This document shows, piece after piece, positions 56,415 to 64,000 of a DNA stretch of 64,000 nucleotides (the stretch's first letter is position 1; the number at the start of each line of letters is the position of its first letter). Under the pieces are notes generated by a model, which saw only the letters and a program-made list of their open reading frames with translations, made no database searches and was not told the DNA's origin. The stretch comes from Eledone cirrhosa (lineage: Eukaryota). Where the stretch lies: contig OZ024742.1 of NCBI GenBank assembly GCA_964016885.1, forward strand, positions 159,402,001 through 159,466,000. The letters are read 5' to 3'. Made by a program: the position numbers and the translations under genes.

Positions 56415-56785
56415 CGGTGGATTGGCAGTATCGGTAGAGGGTCGGCGCCATGCTTTGCAGCACAGTTACGCCCCTTTACGGATTGCGTTCAAATCCCGCC
56501 GAGGTTAACTTTGCCTTTCATCCTTACGGGGTCGATAAAATAAAGTACCAGTAATACACTGGGATAATTTCTGGCCTTGTGCCAAAAGTAGAAACAATTA
56601 TATTATGTTCCAAATAGGGCGGTGGATTGGCAGTATCGGTAGAGAGTCGGACACCATGCTTTATGATCTGAGTTCAAATCCCGACGAGGTTAACATTGCC
56701 TTTCATCCTTACGGGGTCTATAAAATAAAGTACCAATAATGTACTGGGTAATTGCTGGCCTTGTGCCAAAAATACAAACAATTAT
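56415..56785 (+). mobile_element. SINE family 1 tandem dimer
   Basis: Two units, each flanked by tattatgttccaa. Confidence 0.85.
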
Positions 56786-58849
56786 ATTATGTTCCAAACA
56801 CCGGCTTAATAACAAGAAAGTCACTTTTGCATTTAAATTTTGTATATATAAATTGTTAATTACAATTTCCTACACTAAATCCACTTTAATATGTCAATTT
56901 GGTAATTTGCTGTGTATTTTAATTTTTTTCTATAAAAATTAGAAGGTCTGCAACTGAGTGGCATGTTAATAAAGAGAGAAATGCCATTGAAACAGATATG
57001 AAAGATATAGACTCTGTGTGTGAGAAATGCCATGATTTATAGGAGCAAGACAAGGGTGATAACCGTGTATCATCCAGAATATGGAGCAGCAGAGAAGGAT
57101 AGAAAGAATGAAAATGATAAGGTGGATAAATGGAGTATTGTTCATATAGAGGATAACAAAAATTGAATTGCAGAGGTTGGTGGGAATAGAACCAGCGATG
57201 GATGTTGTGAAAAGAAATGTGAAGGAGATGGTTGGGTTATGTGCAGAGGAAATGACTGAGGGAGAGGAGTATTTGAAACGAATGCTAGAAAAACGGGAAG
57301 ACCAAAAAATACATAACTGGGAACAATGGTAGAAAACGGAGAATGCAGCCACTATGGCGAAGTATCGAAGCTTGCCGGCAAGGTTAACTTTTAGCAGGAA
57401 ATGACCTTAAAGTGATTGTTGATGTTATATGAGTGCCCCTCTCCCCATCAGGTCTAAAATGGTCCCAGCCTGGACTGCCGACGACAAGGTTCTTGTCCTT
57501 GTTGGAGGCTCACCCTACTGATGTATAAGGTGATTGTCACCACTCGCGGCAATGCTGTGTTAGCCTGCCTAAAACATTATTAGAGAGAAACTCCTGCAAC
57601 CTTGTTGTGGCGGCGTGTGATTGAGTGTACGGGTTTTCACCCACTCTTTTACTTCTATTTTTACTACGAAAGAAACAATGATAATCTGGAAATCATTCAA
57701 CTGTAAAGTTTAATACAGAAACGTTTGTATTAGTTATTTGCTACATTCACACGTAATATGTAAGTATGTAAACTCTGACGCACTTAATAAATTACTCTAT
57801 ATGTCAAGCTTTAGTAGAACGACATGACCAGTAAGTAAATGATTGAAATGGATACAAATTTGACAAGCCTCATCAAATAAATTTAAACACTTAAATTTAC
57901 AGTATATATAATTTTTACATCAAAATAAACTTTTGAATGACAAAATGAAAAAAAAAAGAAAGAAAGGAAGGTAAGGAAAAAGGAGATGAAGAAATAGGGA
58001 GGGAAAACTATATCCTTGACTGGACAACTCATCTCATATGTGCCTCGCACACAAGAAGTACAGCCAGCAATACCTTCTTTCTCTATCAGTTATTTCACCT
58101 CGAGGGGTTCCTTCCTTAGGCGTGATGTTCTTGTCCTGGTTTGGTGGAGAAAAACAGCAGTAAGGAGATCCAGAACACCGAAGGTTTAAATGGTGAGTCA
58201 ATATCTGCTACAGCATTTGATAAAACAAGTCCCTAATTTACTGTATACTGGAAAAAGGTTTATCATCAAGAGAAATGAATCTAGAATACAACAGATATGA
58301 ATTTATACCTCGTGTCAAATTGTTTGGCGCTTTTCGTTTCCAGGACTCCCTGGAATTAAAATAAAACCGAATTCAATAAGCGTTGAAAGGGGAAGAGGAA
58401 ATATTATCAAAGAAATGTATGCTTTTTTTTTTTTTTTAAATATTTTCAACATTAAATTTAGATTTGTAAATGCATTCATACATTAATAAAACTTTTAACT
58501 GATGTATATACTATTTTAAACTTTCTTCGTCTTGCTCGATGGGACTGGCTTCATCCTAGGTCAGCGACCCCCAGTGGCGAGAGGTTCCAGACAAGCGGCA
58601 GCCCATCATCCGACTATTCAACAACACGTCCAGAAGAACCCTCAACATGTTATGAAACCGACCATAAGACACCAGACTCTAAACTTACTCTGTAAAAATA
58701 GAAAATAAATAAAAAGATGTATTTCTTTGGTGATATTTCCTCTTCCGGTTTCGGCGCTCGCAATTCAGTTTTAGTTTGCTGGAAACGAAAAAGCACCAAG
58801 TGATGTGGGGCAATTTTACTATTAAAGCCGTCTCGGAGATGGGTGTAAT

Positions 58850-59005
58850 AATTGTTTGTATTTTTTGGCACAAGACCAGCAATTATCCCAGTGCATTACT
58901 GGTATTTAATTTTATCGACCCCGTAAGGATGAAAGGCAAAGTTAACTTTAGCAGGATTTGAACTCAGACCGCAAAGGGACGTAACTCTATGCTGCAAAGC
59001 ATGAC
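58850..59005 (-). mobile_element. SINE family 1 fragment
   Basis: Central domain and B-box. Confidence 0.75.
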
Positions 59006-59251
59006 GTAACGCAGTGTATGACAAGGTTGGCCCTTTGAATTGCAGGTACTGTTATCGGGACGAAGTTGGCCACCCGCAGGAGTGAACCCCATGCGTTGGA
59101 ATGGCTATTACAACTCGCCTCCCTTACTATCTTCCATTCTGTCCGCTGAGACCATGAGGTAGCAGACACCTAGGGTCCCTCCATTCTGTCCTCTGGGACC
59201 ACGAGGTAGCAGACACTTTGTAGAATGGAAATATAAATATTTGCTGACGAC

Positions 59252-59521
59252 ATGTTGCTATGCATTAAATGCCCGAATTGTGAAGAACTATATGTCGGTC
59301 AAACTGGAAATGCTCTATCGGAACGTGCACGGGTGCACCGACAGCAAATCAGAGACCCAAATGTCCGTCAGATACCCCTGAGTAACCATCTAGCAACATG
59401 TGGTCAGAAAATATTTATAATATTTCCATTCTACAAAATACACAGCCCAAGTGAAATCAAGAGAAAAATTAAAGAAAAGAATTTTATTGATAAATTCCAA
59501 CCCAAGCTAAATGAACAATAA
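59252..59521 (+). pseudogene. PLE-type GIY-YIG endonuclease fragment
   Basis: CIKCPNCEELYVGQTG..L..R..VH..LSNHLATC..RKIKE..FI..PKLN. Confidence 0.75.
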
Positions 59522-59610
59522 TATTACTTAGGGGTATTACTCCTACTATGACTACGCCTACGACCATGTCGAACACCACCACTAACAACAACAACAACTA
59601 ATAATAATAA

Positions 59611-59800
59611 TAATTGTTTCTATTTTAGGCACAAGGCCAGCAATTACCCAGTACATTACTGGTACTTTATTTTATCGACCCCGCAAGGATGAAAGGCAAA
59701 GTTAACCTCGTCGGGATTTGAACTCAGATCATAAAGGGACGTAACTCTATGCTTCAAAGCATGGTGTCCGACTCTCTACCGATACTGCCAATCCACCGTC
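59611..59800 (-). mobile_element. SINE family 1
   Basis: Full-length copy. Confidence 0.8.
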
Positions 59801-60257
59801 CCAACAACAACAATAATAATAATAAAAGTGATGTTGGTGGTGATGATTACTGAAGACTTTTTATAAAAACCCTAGAAAATGCTATTTTCATCATTTCTAA
59901 AATAGCAAAACAATTAATGCTTTGGATAGGCTCAAATAGAAGTCGGTAGAGATGCTCAACCAACCGTGACGCCTAAACCAATTAGCTTTAGTAATCTAGT
60001 GAAACTACACACCGATTGGTCGAAATACAGTTTGCAAAACTTAGCATTCTGTAGCCGCTTTTCACTGTATATAAGGCACAAAATTTACCCATCTCATTAC
60101 AGTTGAAAATTGTAAACTGTCACCACTGAATATGAACCTGAAAATTGCGAAAGCATGAAAGTACTTGTTCAATTAGCACTTAACATTTAATATTCTACCA
60201 TACTATTTCATTATAATATCATTATAATTTAAAATAGAATTGGAATTCCTTTTACTA

Positions 60258-60292
<35 letters not shown>

Positions 60293-61063
60293 TACATACA
60301 TACATACATATATATATATATATATGGATCACTACCTCCCTACGGACAACTGACGCTGCACACAAGGTCCGTACACAGAAGAACCGAACTCCCATTGTCA
60401 TTGCCTCCAACTCTCTCGACCTTCCCATCTCTCTATATTATCAGTAAATGGGGTCCACGTGCTGAAAGAGCCATTCCATCTCGCGAGGCTCACACCTGCG
60501 GGTGGCCAGCTTAGCGCCTATGGTGGTAAGTAGGGAGATAGCCCTAGGGCCAAGGAGACCAGAAGTCTCCACTGCTAGGGGCTCGACTGAAAACCTGTCG
60601 GAGAGCGACCGATACTTGGAGAGTTTACCCTCTCAGCCCGAAGTGCAGCAGAACCTGGGTTAGTCGTAGACTGCACCAGATTGCGGCTGGAGAATGTGTC
60701 GCTACAAGTGGCATTCCAGACGAGGGGTTTACCACGATCTCTAGGAATGACAATTTTCCCGGGGTCAGTCCCTTATCTGGGATGCTACATGTTGCAACAT
60801 CTTCTCAGCTATCAACGCAGTCTTCGTTGCTCGCCAGGCTGAAGAGGGCAAACTGTCAAAAGTATCAGCCATTCTCTGATAGGGTTGTAGTCGAGCCTCT
60901 GGCAGTGGAGACTTCCGGCGCTCTGGGCCCACACACCACACCCTGACTCATTGCTCTCGAGACGGAATTGGTGGAGTGTCTGTTCCAGCGCGTCTTCTTT
61001 GTTACCGTCCGGAGTTATGTCCTTTTCATACTGTCCGCCGGAAAGCCATATAAACATTTAACA

Positions 61064-61181
<118 letters not shown>

Positions 61182-61214
61182 GTTTTTGAATTGTCACTTA
61201 TTTTTAATTCGGTA

Positions 61215-61591
61215 TTTGTGCTAACCCTTATCTATGGTCAAGAATCTTGGGTAGTGAACGAAAGAATAGGATCGCGAATACAATCGGCTGAAATGGGGTT
61301 CCTCTGAAGGGTCTTTGGAGTAACGTTACTCGATAAAGTGCGTAGCTCGGAGATCAGAGAGTCACTCCTGGTAGAGCCACTGCTTTTCCGAATAGAGATC
61401 TCAGCCCCGATACTATGGGCATGTGGTTAGAATGTCTCAGGAAAGAATCACTGGACAGATTTTTCCGGGCAAAACCAACCGATATGACACCCAGGGGTAA
61501 ACCCCGAGCAAGATGGTTGGATAACATAGGCTGGTCTCGATCTATTTGGATCCGCTAGCGGATCCAAATAGATCAGTTGAAGAAGAAGAAG
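61215..61591 (+). pseudogene. Decayed RTE 3' fragment with (GAA)n tail
   Basis: LIYGQESW..IQSAEMGFL..DKVRSSEIRESL..YGHVVRM..RGKPRARW. Confidence 0.7.
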
Positions 61592-62211
61592 TTATTTTTA
61601 AAATTGAGTTGCAAGAAACTTAGATATGCCGTAAAAAGCATGTTTGTTTTCATGTAGCTGGTTATCTATTTAATCATTTCACCTCTTCAACGTATACTAA
61701 GCGTTATTTTACTAGTTTTTTTGTTACTGCTGAATTATCTCCCCTGAACGGGTCATCGCGTAATATTTAAGTTGAAAAACAAACACATTCTTTTCTTTTC
61801 TTTTTTCTTTTTTTACTGGTTTCAGTCATTGGACAGCGATTATGTTGGAAAGTGAGATTCTATGTTATTGTTGTATTGATATAACATATATCGCCGTATC
61901 GAAATAGATATCGGGATAGTGCATCATCAGGCTAAAGAGAACTGCATCAACCCATTTCGATTTAAAATATTTATACTATATATATATATATATTGAGTTG
62001 TTCCCCTTGTCATTATTTGGTAGACCTAAGCTTTGTTCAATTATGTTTACCTTAGTATAGGTATAAAGGTGAAGGGCCCATATCTCCTGGTGAAGTTGTA
62101 GGGGGTGCCGTTCTGTCACGCATCGTGACTTGAGCATCTTAAAATTTGGTGGCGGAACACAGTCGGAACACAGTCAATTTCTTCCCGAGAGAGAGAGAGA
62201 TAGATAGATAT

Positions 62212-62627
62212 GTTTCTTTATTAGCCACAGAGGCACAAAAGAAGGGAACAAATACAAAGGGGGAAGTTTACATAAAATAAAAACGTGTAAAATACTATAG
62301 ATAGATATATTTCTTTATTAGCCACAGGGGCACAAAAGAAGGGGACAAATACAAAGGGGGAAGTTTACATACAATAAAAACGTGTAAAATGTTATCACAG
62401 ATGGAATTTAAAAGTTAGTCGATTTTCCCCAATAGAGGGAGACAGTTTATATGGGTAACACATACCCCCGAAAAAAAATGTGCAACCCTCATCTCCAGGA
62501 GTACGAAGAGCTTGTACTCCTTTCCTCTCCTCCTTTTCCTCAACCTACAGGCTGATATAGAGAGAAGGTCCATTCACTCGGGCCATTCTCGCCACTTTCA
62601 CCCACCTTTCATAAAACTTGCTGGGGT
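62212..62627 (-). mobile_element. Two stacked 3'-end copies of the L1/Tx1 element (62212-62297, 62309-62627)
   Basis: Each begins (+ strand) gatagata..tttctttattagccac; GATA repeats at junctions. Confidence 0.85.
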
Positions 62628-62752
62628 GATAGATAGATAGATATATATATAGAGAGAGATAGATAGATAGAGAGAGAGAGATAGATAACTAATTAGATAT
62701 CTTTCTTTATTTATTCGTTATTTTTTCATTTATTTATTGATAAATAGATAGA

Positions 62753-64000
62753 TATGTTTCTTTATTAGCCACAAGGACACAAAAGAAGGGTACAAATACA
62801 AAGGGGGAAGTTTACATACCATAAAAACGTGTAAAATATTATCACAAATGCAATTTAAAAATTAGTCGATTTTCCCCAATAGGGGGAGACATTACATATG
62901 GGTAACACATACCCCGACAAAAATGTGCAACCCTCATCTCCAGGAGTACGAAGAGTTTGTACCCGTTTCCTCCCCTCCTCCCTTTCCTCAACCTAAGGCT
63001 GATATAGAGAGAAGGCCCATTCACTCGGGCCATTCTCGCCACTTTCACCCACCTTTCATAAAACTTGCTGGGGTACAGCACCTCTCTCTCCATCCTGATT
63101 CTTCTTCCAAAGTGGTATTTGAAAAAAAGAATCAGTTGTTGGCCGGAGAGAAAGGTGTCTGACCTCAGCCCTTTCAACCTTGTCCACCATACAACCTCTT
63201 TCGCCATAGCTTTCACACAAAGGAAAACCGCCTCTCCTTCGTTTTTGAAGGAGGGTGGCGGTTTGATCATGACAATGGACTCGGTGGTCAACCGGATTGG
63301 TCCGACCCGCGACAATAGACGTTCTACATAGCCCCACAGGTCGGTGACGCCCGGGCAGTGTATGAATGCGTGCGCGACGGTTTCTGCATCTCGCACACAC
63401 ATCGGACATCTTTTTTTGCAGGGTCCCTGCCCGGGCGCCCATGTCTGTAGAGCTTGTCTCGAACTGGTAGAGCTCCTCGGTATCACTGACAAGCCAGGGA
63501 CTTTTGGAAGTTGTCCATCAGTCCCGAGCGGAAGGTCCTACCGAACAGACTGGCCAGTTCGTCTTCCTCTACGCCTAGAGTTTCACCGAGCGCATCGTCG
63601 CACTTGCTGCGGATGAACCCCCTATAGAATGACGAAGTGGAGTCTCCACTGATCGCCGGGTCCGCTTGCCAGAGGGCTGTGAGCGCCTGGGCACATTCGA
63701 TGTGCCAGTCGCCATTTTCCTCGATCTTTGCTTGACCCAGGACTGCAGCTCGGTCAGCGAGACGAGTCGTGGGAAGGCTCGCCTCACGAACGGGGCCCAC
63801 ACCGTTTGTGCGCATCGTCAGCCACGGCTTCACCAGCCCTCGGTTGGAAGGGTGTTGGCAGCAGATGGATCTTCTCACCAAAGGAGCCCGCCTCTTCCAA
63901 AGGAATTGGAAGAGCGCGCGCTCCATTTTGGTGAGCGTTTTGGCTGGACAAGGCACGACGGTCAAGCGGTAGTAGATGGCGTAGTAGTGTTCGCCACCTC
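62753..64000 (-). mobile_element. L1/Tx1-clade non-LTR retrotransposon 3' portion (ORF2 C-terminus with zf-RVT/CCHC), frameshifted
   Basis: LFQFLWK..VRRSICCQ..GL; CPMCVRDAETVAHAFIHCP..LW; AKEVVW..R; F.ERW; aataaa near 3' end. Confidence 0.85.

Noticed and set aside
56966-57352. 128-aa minus-strand ORF
   Set aside because: No motif; the opposite strand looks at best like a highly decayed LINE remnant, too weak to call
57459-57472. atggtcccagcct matches part of the HDV genomic ribozyme
   Set aside because: Only 13 nt; no P1, L3 or J4/2 elements follow, so a chance match

Overview
Eukaryotic, AT-rich window made almost entirely of repeats, with no recognisable host gene. The SINE families and very long (TA)n tracts resemble an octopod cephalopod genome (inference). 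Most long ORFs in the track are microsatellite artefacts. Real coding remnants are five Penelope-like (PLE) RT or GIY-YIG fragments, a young 5'-truncated RTE-type LINE with a near-identical partial tandem copy, decayed RTEs, and an L1/Tx1 3' portion whose copies all sit in (GATA)n. There are also many tRNA-derived SINEs, hAT and Tc1/mariner MITEs, non-autonomous Helitrons and one 200-N gap. The main hidden signal is about 18 full or partial type I hammerhead ribozyme (HHR) motifs of about 9 sequence families, read by eye as stem I-CTGANGA-stem II-GAAA-stem III-TH-stem I'. They occur in PLE pseudo-LTRs, in divergent palindromic pairs, and in a non-coding ~428-nt tandem, terminally redundant unit. 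That unit looks like a retrozyme able to release a circularisable RNA. All structures were folded by eye, none is experimentally tested, and many element boundaries are approximate.
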